The notes: generated by a model not told the origin, from the sequence alone. A stretch of 62,937 nt of DNA from an uncultured Anaerolineaceae bacterium (GCA_964416175.1 CAYQDF010000007.1:1-62937); one strand, 5' to 3'. Positions 11,980 through 20,589 are shown, numbered from the stretch's first letter. A program made the numbers and translations.

Positions 11980-11997
11980 TTGTGCAAACCTCCACAA
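11980..11997. promoter_or_regulatory. candidate Rex operator
   Basis: TTGTG-caaacctc-CACAA, an inverted repeat with the TTGTG-N8-CACAA spacing of Rex boxes, in the rex/obg divergent region. Extra half-sites: CACAA 11966-11970, TTCACAA 12002-12008. Confidence 0.5.
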
Positions 11998-12060
11998 GAT
12001 TTTCACAAGGTAAAGGTGCGACTCGCTTGACCTGAGTCAAACAGGGCAGCCGGAGGTCAT

Positions 12061-12069
12061 TGGTATAAT
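12061..12069 (+). promoter_or_regulatory. extended -10 promoter of obg-nadD
   Basis: TGGTATAAT, 47 nt upstream of the obg ATG. Confidence 0.55.
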
Positions 12070-12115
12070 CGATCTCGGAGCTTTGATCTGGTAATTTTCG
12101 GATCCCGGACAGCAT

Positions 12116-13387
12116 ATGTTCATCGATCAGGTTGTTATTCAGGTAGCCTCGGGGAAAGGGGGGGATGGCGTGGTTCACTTCCGCCGGGAGAAATATGTCC
12201 CGTTCGGCGGTCCGGACGGGGGCGATGGCGGGCGAGGGGGGGATGTCATCTTGCAGGTCAATCCGAAGTTGAATACGCTGGCAGCTTTCCAGCACCAGCG
12301 GCAATTCAAAGCGGCAGACGGGCGGAACGGCGGCGGGAAGAATCAGACCGGGCGTTCTGGCGCAGACCTCATCATCCAGGTTCCACCGGGGACCGTGGTG
12401 TTCGACGAGGATACCGGCAATGTGCTGGGAGATCTCGTTGGGGAAGGACAGCAGCTGATTGTCTGCAAGGGAGGGCGTGGCGGGCGGGGGAACGCCCGTT
12501 TCGCAACCGCGCGAGACCAGGCGCCACGCCAGGCGGAAAAAGGAGAGCCTGGTCAGGCGCGCAGCTTGCGCCTCGAGCTCCGCTTGATAGCGGACGTCGG
12601 CATCGTTGGTGTGCCCAATGCCGGGAAATCCACCCTGCTGGCGAGGATCACGAATGCCCGCCCGAAGATCGCCCCCTATCCCTTCACCACCCTTGTTCCC
12701 AACCTGGGCGTGGCGTACCTGGATGATGAGGCGACCCTGATCCTGGCAGACATCCCCGGCTTGATCGAAGGCGCACACCTGGGGGTTGGGCTGGGCCATG
12801 AGTTCCTGCGCCACATCCAGCGGACCCGGGTGCTGATCCACTTGCTGGACGGGCTGGCAGACGACCCCCTCCTGGATTACGCCCAGATCAACAGCGAGCT
12901 GGCGCTTTTCGATCCTGATCTGGCCAGGAAACCGCAGGTTGTTGCGTTCAATAAGATCGACCTCCCGGAAGTCGAGTCCCGCTGGGAGGAGATAAAAACC
13001 CGCCTTAAGCAGCAGGGGGCGGATGTGTTTGCGGATCCCTTGCCGATCTCGGCCCTGACCGGTTCGAACGTGCGCCAGCTAATCCTTACGACTGCCAGGC
13101 TCCTGGCAGAGCTCCCGCCCCCTTCCAAGGCCGCAGCTGTTCCAGTTTACCGGTTCGAAAGCGATCCCAGGCAGTTCTCGGTCAAGAAGCTGCCGGATGG
13201 GTGGCGGGTGGTGGGAGAGGCCATCGAGCGCGCGGCCGCGATGACCTATTGGGAATACGAGCAATCGGTTCGCAGGTTCCAGAGGATCCTGGGTTCGCTC
13301 GGCGTCGAAGCGGCTCTGCGGGAAGCAGGCATCCAGGAAGGGGACACCGTTTACATTGGTGATTACGAACTGGAGTGGAAAGATTGA
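12116..13387 (+). CDS. obg: GTPase Obg/CgtA
   Basis: MFIDQV...GKGGDG glycine-rich Obg fold. G1 GVPNAGKST. G3 DIPGLIEGA. C-terminal OCT-like domain. Confidence 0.95.
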   Translation: MFIDQVVIQVASGKGGDGVVHFRREKYVPFGGPDGGDGGRGGDVILQVNPKLNTLAAFQHQRQFKAADGRNGGGKNQTGRSGADLIIQVPPGTVVFDEDTGNVLGDLVGEGQQLIVCKGGRGGRGNARFATARDQAPRQAEKGEPGQARSLRLELRLIADVGIVGVPNAGKSTLLARITNARPKIAPYPFTTLVPNLGVAYLDDEATLILADIPGLIEGAHLGVGLGHEFLRHIQRTRVLIHLLDGLADDPLLDYAQINSELALFDPDLARKPQVVAFNKIDLPEVESRWEEIKTRLKQQGADVFADPLPISALTGSNVRQLILTTARLLAELPPPSKAAAVPVYRFESDPRQFSVKKLPDGWRVVGEAIERAAAMTYWEYEQSVRRFQRILGSLGVEAALREAGIQEGDTVYIGDYELEWKD

Positions 13388-14013
13388 ACCGGCGGATTGG
13401 CGTTTTCGGCGGCACCTTCGACCCTCCCCATCTGGGGCATCTCATCCTCGCAGCAGAGGCGCGCTACCAGCTGGATCTGGTGCGGGTGCTATGGGTGCTG
13501 ACGCCAGACCCGCCCCACAAACAGGGAATCCGAATCACCGCCTGGACCATCCGCAGGGAGCTGGTGCGCGCTGCGATCGAGGAGGACGACAGTTTCGAGC
13601 TGTCGGAGGTCGATATCGCCCGACCACCGCCCCATTACGCCTACGAGACGCTCCACATCCTGCGCGCCCGGCACCCGGAAATGGAACTCGTGTTTTTAAT
13701 GGGCGGAGATTCCCTGCGTGATCTGCCGACCTGGGAGCAGCCCCTCGAATTCCTGTCCGCGTGCGACGCTGTCGGTGTGATGCGCCGCCCTGCAGACCAG
13801 GTCGATCTGCCCTCCCTGGAAGCCCGCTTGCCCGGGATCAGCAGCAAGGTGCGCTTCGTGGATGCGCCGCTGCTCGAGATCTCCGGTTCTGAAATCCGTC
13901 GGCGGGCGGCGGCAAACGAGCCGATCAGGTACTACCTACCTCAACCCGTTTACCGTTTGATCTGCGACTGGAATCTATATCGGCAAGCGGAGGATCCGAT
14001 CAGGTCCGGCTGA
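13375..14013 (+). CDS. nadD: nicotinate-nucleotide adenylyltransferase
   Basis: IGVFGGTFDPPHLGH (HxGH) motif and ISGSEIR. The start overlaps the obg stop (GTG 13375, or TTG 13384 within TTGA). Confidence 0.9.
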   Translation: MERLNRRIGVFGGTFDPPHLGHLILAAEARYQLDLVRVLWVLTPDPPHKQGIRITAWTIRRELVRAAIEEDDSFELSEVDIARPPPHYAYETLHILRARHPEMELVFLMGGDSLRDLPTWEQPLEFLSACDAVGVMRRPADQVDLPSLEARLPGISSKVRFVDAPLLEISGSEIRRRAAANEPIRYYLPQPVYRLICDWNLYRQAEDPIRSG

Positions 14014-14614
14014 TCAGATAGCGGCACGAGTTGTCCCCTTTCGCCGTGCAGCTGGTCTCACACACCTCAACGTCCTTCACGCGCGCCCATTCCACGGCCT
14101 GTTTGATCAGGCCGACCATGAAATGGCAAACCGATGCCTGGCTTGTGCGCTGGTGGCAGAAGCAGCAGTTGTAATCGATCAGGGTCCATTTTTTGAATTC
14201 TTCTTCCAAACGAAGGTCCATTTGGGGGTTCAGCCGGTTGAGCATATCCACCAGGCTTTCCAGGACAAACCGGGCGCGCTGATCCTCCGACCAAAAACCG
14301 AGCGCAGTTCGGGCCAGGTTGAACATCGCCGGCTGCTCACGGAGTAACAACTGGAAGTACGCCTTGCCGATGCGCTCCAGAATGCGGCTCCCGGACCGAC
14401 TGTAGGTCCGTTCGACAGCTTCCATCAGCTTTGCATACTCCACAGCGCTGACGGAACTGGCGAAGTTGTCTTCCGGCAACACATTGTTTCGATACTGCAT
14501 ACCAGCCTGGTTCGTTATCTCGTTGAAAGAGTTTTCGCTGAGCACCTCCAGCATGGCTGACATCGTCAGGCGGAGTTGTGCGTTCGCGATCGTGAAATCC
14601 GCATCCAGAGGCAT
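14000..14614 (-). CDS. V4R (4-vinyl reductase-like) domain protein
   Basis: C-terminal Cys pattern CCFCH..x9..CHFMVGLI...VEVCETSCTAKGDNSCRY resembles the V4R small-molecule-binding domain. N-terminal part unassigned. Confidence 0.55.
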   Translation of the reverse strand: MPLDADFTIANAQLRLTMSAMLEVLSENSFNEITNQAGMQYRNNVLPEDNFASSVSAVEYAKLMEAVERTYSRSGSRILERIGKAYFQLLLREQPAMFNLARTALGFWSEDQRARFVLESLVDMLNRLNPQMDLRLEEEFKKWTLIDYNCCFCHQRTSQASVCHFMVGLIKQAVEWARVKDVEVCETSCTAKGDNSCRYLISRT

Positions 14615-14691
14615 GAGATTACTCCAAGAATTTGGGTCAGGGCGCGGCAGGGATACGAGCCTGTCCTCGAAAGGAATAGCTCAGTTGAGGA

Positions 14692-15564
14692 TTACGGCTG
14701 ATATTGATAGACCGGGTAAGCCTCTCCTGTCTTTCTGAACCCGAACTGTTCGTACAAGGCGATTGACGCCTGGTTATCTCTCTGAGTGTTCACGGTCACG
14801 TGCATCGCGCCCCGGCGTGAGAACTGCGCCAGGAGGTCATCCAGCAAGGCCGACCCAATCCCCCTCCTTTGGAAATCGGGATCGACAGCCAGGCGGGCCA
14901 GATGCCCGCCTTTCTGGAGCGTCGTGCTGATCTGGTAGCCAACGACCTCTCCCTCGCTCTCAGCGACGGTCGCCAGGGCTGCCTGTCGGTACGCCAGCTC
15001 CAGCGTCTCTCTCGAATTGTGCCAGATTGGACCGAAAGAGCGCCGGTCGATCTCTTCAATCCTGGCCAGGTCGTCAAAGCTCATCGATCGAACGGACAGG
15101 CTGTCGATCCGCCGGCTGGCATGGTAGTCGCCCCGGTCCCAGCTCATCAAGATCACTTCGTTGATTTGTTTGAAACCCCCGGACCGCAAGAGGTTCTCGA
15201 ACCAGTTTTGGAGGGGAATTGCACCGATGAAGACATCCTTCTCCTCATGGATGGCGGCGAGGACTCTCAGCCAAAGCTTCTCCCAAACCTCTGCGGCTTC
15301 AACATTTGAAGCGACTGCAAACAGCCTGATCCAGCGGATGCCGGGGGGGTCTGCCGGACAGGCCAGCGCTCCCAAGAGCCGGTTGCCTCTTTCTGCTAAC
15401 AAAAAGGGTTTGCTCCCAATCCAATCGAGCGGAGCTCTCCAGTCCAGGTGACGATGGACGAAGGGTTCGAAGTGGATCAGGTTCGCCAGTCGTTGTCGAT
15501 CAGATTCCTGGACCTGGTGGCAGGCTACATCAAGATCAGTGATCACAGACCCACGGCTCCACAC
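14692..15564 (-). CDS. GNAT family N-acetyltransferase (two-lobed)
   Basis: C-terminal acetyl-CoA motif LAVDPDFQRRGIGSALL...FGF. The N-terminal half looks like a degenerate second GNAT lobe. Confidence 0.75.
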   Translation of the reverse strand: MWSRGSVITDLDVACHQVQESDRQRLANLIHFEPFVHRHLDWRAPLDWIGSKPFLLAERGNRLLGALACPADPPGIRWIRLFAVASNVEAAEVWEKLWLRVLAAIHEEKDVFIGAIPLQNWFENLLRSGGFKQINEVILMSWDRGDYHASRRIDSLSVRSMSFDDLARIEEIDRRSFGPIWHNSRETLELAYRQAALATVAESEGEVVGYQISTTLQKGGHLARLAVDPDFQRRGIGSALLDDLLAQFSRRGAMHVTVNTQRDNQASIALYEQFGFRKTGEAYPVYQYQP

Positions 15565-16113
15565 TCAGGATGACCTGCCCAGAAAATCGAGCGGCGCGCG
15601 GAGGATTTTTTTGACCAGCCGCTGCTTGATGGACGGATTGGGGATGTTCTCCAGACCGGCCTGCATGCTCGCCAGCGCTTCCAGCTGCCGGCCCAGGCGG
15701 AGCTGGACGGCTGAAAGGGACTGCATGACCGAAACCCTCAATTCGTTTTCTCCGCACTGTTTCAACAGTTCGGCGGATTTCTCGTATAACGAAACGGAAT
15801 CTTCCAGCTCCCCCAAGGCTTCGAGGGCTGCCGCCTGGTTCCCGAGGGAAATAGCCTGCCGTTGGATGTCGTCTGCGGCAGCGAAAGTCTCCTCGGTGCC
15901 GGCGGCAGTTCTGAGCGCCAGGCTGGGATCCCCAGACTGTAGGTACGCAACCGACGCGTTGTTGAGCTGTTCCGCAGCTGCCAGGTTGTTTCCGATTTCC
16001 GCATAGAGGCTGGCGGCGGCGTGAAATGCCTGAGCAGCTTTTCGAAATTCTTTCCGCGTATATGCTCTCTGGCCTTCTTTTGCAAGTTGTTCGGGGTCTG
16101 AGTCGTATCTCAT
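15565..16113 (-). CDS. TPR-like helical repeat protein
   Basis: Start set at ATG 16113 (MRYDSDPEQ...) because the longer ORF overlaps the upstream gene. Repeated A/L/Y-rich 34-aa-like helices. Confidence 0.55.
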   Translation of the reverse strand: MRYDSDPEQLAKEGQRAYTRKEFRKAAQAFHAAASLYAEIGNNLAAAEQLNNASVAYLQSGDPSLALRTAAGTEETFAAADDIQRQAISLGNQAAALEALGELEDSVSLYEKSAELLKQCGENELRVSVMQSLSAVQLRLGRQLEALASMQAGLENIPNPSIKQRLVKKILRAPLDFLGRSS

Positions 16114-16123
16114 CACAGCCTGG

Positions 16124-16804
16124 TTAGAGCGTAATTTCCAGCAAGCCTTCTGCGACGGATCGCAGCCTTTCGACGGACATCTCACTCAACCGTTGTGCGA
16201 GTTCGAGGTACGGCCGGTTGACCGGCTTGCTGATGAAATCCTGCAGCTCTGGAGATAATTCCGCGAAATGCTGCATCGCGCGCTGCTGTTTTATCCAGAT
16301 CCCAACCGGTCCCCGCGTGTCCTGGAAATCTTTTACCGTTCGTCTGAGCTCGTTCGCGAGGATCTCGAGCTCCGGAAGGGGGATGGGAGTCTCTCCGAAT
16401 TCATATGCTTTGAGCTGTTCTTCATCAATACCTGCTTTTCGGGCGAGTTCCGTGGTCGTCAACCCGGCTTGCAGGCGGGCTTGCCGGAGCATCACTCCAA
16501 TGATGCGGTTGCGCAGGGACAGGAGGCGGGTGACGGGAAGTTCGGCATGTTCTCCCGGCCGGGCGGAGATGATCTCCCGACCCCAAAAATGATCCAGCGG
16601 GATTTTCAGGTAATAAGCCAGGGTCTCCAGCTCAGGCAGGGAAGGGGACCTTTCTCCCTTCTCGTACCCCTGATATTCCGCCGGAGAAATGCCGAGGATC
16701 TCGGCGCATTCCTGGATCGATTTACCAGCGGTCTGGCGGGCGCTCTGCATCAAGACGCCCAGCTTCTTGGCTCTAATTAAGAACGTTAACGGGCGATTAT
16801 CCAT
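16124..16804 (-). CDS. XRE-family regulator with two tandem HTH domains
   Basis: Two HTH_3-like units (SIQECAEILGISPAEYQGYEKGERSPSLPELETLA and TTTELARKAGIDEEQLKAYEFGETPIPLPELEILA). Confidence 0.75.
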   Translation of the reverse strand: MDNRPLTFLIRAKKLGVLMQSARQTAGKSIQECAEILGISPAEYQGYEKGERSPSLPELETLAYYLKIPLDHFWGREIISARPGEHAELPVTRLLSLRNRIIGVMLRQARLQAGLTTTELARKAGIDEEQLKAYEFGETPIPLPELEILANELRRTVKDFQDTRGPVGIWIKQQRAMQHFAELSPELQDFISKPVNRPYLELAQRLSEMSVERLRSVAEGLLEITL

Positions 16805-16852
16805 ACACTTCTCCTACACCCTCGCAGGACAATTTACACAGGGCTTCATGAT

Positions 16853-17542
16853 TCATAACGGGGGCATGGTGTACCCAAGACCCGAGCGTGTGACGATGTG
16901 CTGGGGGTTGCGCGGGTCATCTTCCAGTTTTTGACGCAATCTCGAAATGCTCACCCACAAGATTTCCTTGTCATCCCGGTATTCCGGTCCCCACACATTG
17001 ACCAGCAGGTCCTCGGAAGTCAGGATGCTCCCCAGGTTGTGCACGAACTGGAGAAGTAGACGGTATTCGGTTGCGGAGAGGAAGACCATTTTGTCGTCTT
17101 TGAACACTTCCGCGCGGGCAAGGTCGATTTTCAGGTTGTTGTGGCTGAAGACAGCCTGCTCGAATGTGCTGCCGGATACCTGAGCCCGGCGGAGGACTGC
17201 CCGCACCCGGGCAAGCAGCTCGGTGGCTGAGAAAGGTTTCACGATGTAATCATCTGCGCCGACATCCAGACCGCGGACACGGTCCTGCTCTTCCCCTTTG
17301 GCGGTCACCATAATGATTGGGACGTTTGAGAATTCTCGAATCCGCTCGCAGGCAGCGAAACCGTTGATGATGGGCATCATCACGTCCAGGAGGACCAGGT
17401 CGGGCTGTTTGTCGGCAACGATCTCGACCGCGGATTGACCATCGTAAGCTTTCAGGACCTGGTATCCCTCTGCAACCAGGTTGGCTTCCATCAGCCGGAC
17501 GTAGCGCGGTTCATCATCTACTACGAGTATGCGAGTTGTCAT
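16853..17542 (-). CDS. OmpR/PhoB-family response regulator
   Basis: Receiver (ILVVDDE..DLVLLDVMMP..KPF) plus a winged-helix output (LSATEYRLLLQF...VTRSGLGY). Confidence 0.9.
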   Translation of the reverse strand: MTTRILVVDDEPRYVRLMEANLVAEGYQVLKAYDGQSAVEIVADKQPDLVLLDVMMPIINGFAACERIREFSNVPIIMVTAKGEEQDRVRGLDVGADDYIVKPFSATELLARVRAVLRRAQVSGSTFEQAVFSHNNLKIDLARAEVFKDDKMVFLSATEYRLLLQFVHNLGSILTSEDLLVNVWGPEYRDDKEILWVSISRLRQKLEDDPRNPQHIVTRSGLGYTMPPL

Positions 17543-18807
17543 TTGCTGGCCTCCTGAAGTGTTGGTTCTTGATGCAGGTCATGACCGGATGTCTCCATTA
17601 AGGGCAGGTCGATGCGGAAAGTCGTCCCTTCGCCGGGAGAGGATTCGGCAGTGATCTCTCCCCCGTGCGCATGGATTATCTGCCGGCAGATATACAAGCC
17701 GAGCCCTGTGCCCCGAATGGACCGGGTCTGGTCGGGGACCCGGTAAAACCGGGAGAAGATTTGCCCCAAATGATTCTGAGGAATGCCTGGGCCATTGTCA
17801 TGAAAAGAGATCCGGGCTGAATTATCCACCGCAGTCAGGTCAATGGTCAATTTAGAGCCCGGCGCGTATTTCACGGCGTTGCTGATCAGGTTGTCAAAGA
17901 CCTGGGCCAGACGGGTCGGATCACCCTGAACTTTCAGGTCCGGTTCGGCGATGTTGATTTCGACTTCCAGGTTCTCATCGAAAGAGCGCGCGCGCAGCGG
18001 CAGGTCTTTAATCATCGTGTCCAGCCTGAGGGGCTGGAATTCCATGTGTAGCGTACCGGACTGGAGGCGCGAGGAATCCAGAAGATTATCGATCAACTCT
18101 CTCAACCGGTCAGCTTCCTCGTCGATGATAGTCAGGAATTCCCGGGCTGTCTCATCATCCCAGCGGGTATCCTGGCGCAGAAGCGTCGTTGCGTAACCTT
18201 TGATGAAACCGAGGGGAGTCCGCAATTCATGGGATACAGTGGCAACGAAATCGTTCTGAAGGCGTTCCAGCTGACGTTCCGCTTCGAGCCTGGAAAGGCG
18301 CGTAACGAGCTGGCCGTGTTCGAACAAGCGCGCGATGTGTCCTGCGATGTATTCCGCCAGGTGGGTATGTTCGGGCGTGAAGGTCGGGCCGCCGTAGCGG
18401 ACGAACACCAGGGAACCAATCTTGTGGTCGCCGGCAGTCAGGGGTAATCCCAGGAAATAACGGGCGTTCATCCGGTCTTCCTCGACATCCCCGGTGATCT
18501 CCTGGTGGACGACGATCTGCCCGAATTCCCGGACCGCGTTGGCGATCGATTCTCCCCATGCCAGGTCCACTTCCGAATTCCGACCGCGGCCTATCGCCCG
18601 GGCGTAAGAAGGTTCCAGGCTGTCTTCTTCCTGGTGGATATACAGTACGACATTATCGAAAATAAAAACCTGCCGGGCGATGCTGATGATCTCATCGAGG
18701 CTGGCGTCCAGCTCGGTTGCCCGCGTGACCACCCTGTTGATGGCGTAGATCGCATCCAGTTCCTGGGAATTCAGGTTCTCCGGTTGGGGAGATTGTTCAT
18801 CCATCAT
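17539..18807 (-). CDS. GAF-domain sensor histidine kinase
   Basis: N-terminal GAF-like region. H-box SHELRTPLGFIKGY. N, G1 and G2 boxes (NAVKY, DNGPGI, GTGLGL). 4-nt overlap with the downstream RR. Confidence 0.85.
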   Translation of the reverse strand: MMDEQSPQPENLNSQELDAIYAINRVVTRATELDASLDEIISIARQVFIFDNVVLYIHQEEDSLEPSYARAIGRGRNSEVDLAWGESIANAVREFGQIVVHQEITGDVEEDRMNARYFLGLPLTAGDHKIGSLVFVRYGGPTFTPEHTHLAEYIAGHIARLFEHGQLVTRLSRLEAERQLERLQNDFVATVSHELRTPLGFIKGYATTLLRQDTRWDDETAREFLTIIDEEADRLRELIDNLLDSSRLQSGTLHMEFQPLRLDTMIKDLPLRARSFDENLEVEINIAEPDLKVQGDPTRLAQVFDNLISNAVKYAPGSKLTIDLTAVDNSARISFHDNGPGIPQNHLGQIFSRFYRVPDQTRSIRGTGLGLYICRQIIHAHGGEITAESSPGEGTTFRIDLPLMETSGHDLHQEPTLQEASK

Positions 18808-19975
18808 TGTGGTTCATCACAGAAAGTGAGAACTCAAATCGTGATCCTCGATCGACGTCCGAGTCGACCCTGATCTCCGAGCCGTGAGCATCCAGTATCC
18901 TGCGTACCATTGCAAGTCCCAGGCCAGTTCCCGGGTAATGGCGAGTTATGGAACTATCCAGTTGGTGGAAAGCTTCGAAGATCTCCGCCTGGCGTTCCGG
19001 CGGAATCCCAATCCCGTTGTCCTCCACAACGATGGTGACGATGCCCGGCGCCTGATTTACGGACAGCCGGACCTCGCCATCGCGGGGGGTAAACTTGATC
19101 GCATTGTCGAGCAACTGGCTGAGAACCCATCCGATTTTCTGACCGTCCATCAGCAAAAGTGGAAGATTCTGAGGGATATTGGAAATCAGGCGGATCCCCT
19201 TCAACTGGGCTTTCGTCCAGGCCTGGGCGAGCACTGGTTCAAGGAATTCCTGCAACGGTTGCAAGCGCAGCTGGACTTTGAGCTCGCCTTTTGCTGCCAG
19301 AGATAATTGTATCAAGTCTTCGATGAGTGTCTCCAGCCGGTTTTCCGCTCGCTTGAGCACTTCCACCGCATCCGCCTGGAGGGGGGTCAGGGGGCCGAGA
19401 CTCAAGTCTGAGAGGATCTCGAGGTATCCTTTGATGTGAGTCAATGGTGTTCGCAGTTCGTGGGAAATGTTCGAGATGAAATTCGATTTGAGCTGATTCA
19501 GTTCTGTCAAGCGGACAAGGGCGCGGTGGAGCTCCGCGGTGCGCTCCTGCACTCGCTGCTCGAGGAGGGCGTTTGCTTCCTGGACTTTCCTGTGCAATGC
19601 CAGGATCTGCCGGGTGATCGCTTCATCGAGGGTCGAGCGGTCGATCAATCCGAGCTCGACCAAAGCTTGGCCTAACAAGACTGGCTGTCCCGCTGCGTCT
19701 CTGCGCCGCTGGTATTCAAGCGCAGCTTCCAGGTTTGCCGGTTCAAGCAGCTTTTGCTCGATCAAATAATCCCCCAGCCGGGGTACGAGGGTTTCTGGTG
19801 CCAGCTTTACTCCTGCTGGCAGAGGCACAAGGGGGAAGTCCTTCGGTTCTACGACGATCGCGGCGAGGGAGACATCTGCTCCACAATACCCACAATACTG
19901 TACCTGAGAATCGAGAGGCTGGTGGCACTGCGGGCACGCGAGATCTTTCTTTTTATCCATATCCTGACCAATCAT
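18797..19975 (-). CDS. soluble histidine kinase with N-terminal zinc ribbon and MshEN/T2SSE_N-like domain
   Basis: CPQCHQPLDSQVQYCGYCGADV zinc ribbon. Two 24-aa RLGxxLIxx(G)LLxxxxLxxxLxxQ motifs. H-box SHELRTPLTHIKGY. HATPase boxes. No TM segment seen. Confidence 0.85.
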   Translation of the reverse strand: MIGQDMDKKKDLACPQCHQPLDSQVQYCGYCGADVSLAAIVVEPKDFPLVPLPAGVKLAPETLVPRLGDYLIEQKLLEPANLEAALEYQRRRDAAGQPVLLGQALVELGLIDRSTLDEAITRQILALHRKVQEANALLEQRVQERTAELHRALVRLTELNQLKSNFISNISHELRTPLTHIKGYLEILSDLSLGPLTPLQADAVEVLKRAENRLETLIEDLIQLSLAAKGELKVQLRLQPLQEFLEPVLAQAWTKAQLKGIRLISNIPQNLPLLLMDGQKIGWVLSQLLDNAIKFTPRDGEVRLSVNQAPGIVTIVVEDNGIGIPPERQAEIFEAFHQLDSSITRHYPGTGLGLAMVRRILDAHGSEIRVDSDVDRGSRFEFSLSVMNHNDG

Positions 19976-20120
19976 ATCCCTAAATTATCTCTTCTGCAAG
20001 TTCTTACCCCTGTACTTGTAAAGTGTTTGTAAGGTTAGCCCGGTCGATTATGGTGCATAATCAACTTCGGATGCTCTTCACGTGGAAGACATGCAGTCAT
20101 ATGGCACACGGCGTCGGGAA

Positions 20121-20136
20121 ATTCATTGCAATGAAT
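20121..20136. promoter_or_regulatory. perfect 16-bp palindrome (candidate operator)
   Basis: ATTCATTGCAATGAAT, 52 nt upstream of the orphan receiver gene in the divergent region shared with the HK operon. Confidence 0.35.
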
Positions 20137-20187
20137 CATTGCTCATTACGAGACAGAGGATTTCCTGGTTGAAGGAGGATTAGCAAG

Positions 20188-20589
20188 TTGTCCAGCGTTT
20201 TGATCATTGACGACGATGCCGCCATGACTGAAATGCTCAAGACGGTCTTAGAGCCCAAATCTTTTAATGTCTTCACTGCCCATCAGATCGCAGAAGGCCT
20301 GGAATCTGTCCGCACTCTGGGGCCAGATGTCGTGTTGTTGGACTTAAACATGGATGGCATCGATGGCTGGCAGGCCTGCCGGAAGATCCGCGAGTTCAGC
20401 CGCGTCCCGATATTGGTGCTCTCGGTGTTGAACAAGCCTGATGCGGTGGCAAAGGCTCTTGACGAAGGAGCGGATGATTATCTGATCAAACCTGTCTCAG
20501 GCGGCGTGTTGATTGCACACCTGAACAATTTGATCCGCAGGTCGCGCGCTGAGCGGAACGCAACCTCTGCCCGTCTGGATCTGCCATAG
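20188..20589 (+). CDS. single-domain (CheY-like) response regulator
   Basis: VLIIDDD...VVLLDLNMDG...KP receiver motifs. 133 aa with no output domain. TTG start after GAAGGAGG. Confidence 0.85.
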   Translation: MSSVLIIDDDAAMTEMLKTVLEPKSFNVFTAHQIAEGLESVRTLGPDVVLLDLNMDGIDGWQACRKIREFSRVPILVLSVLNKPDAVAKALDEGADDYLIKPVSGGVLIAHLNNLIRRSRAERNATSARLDLP

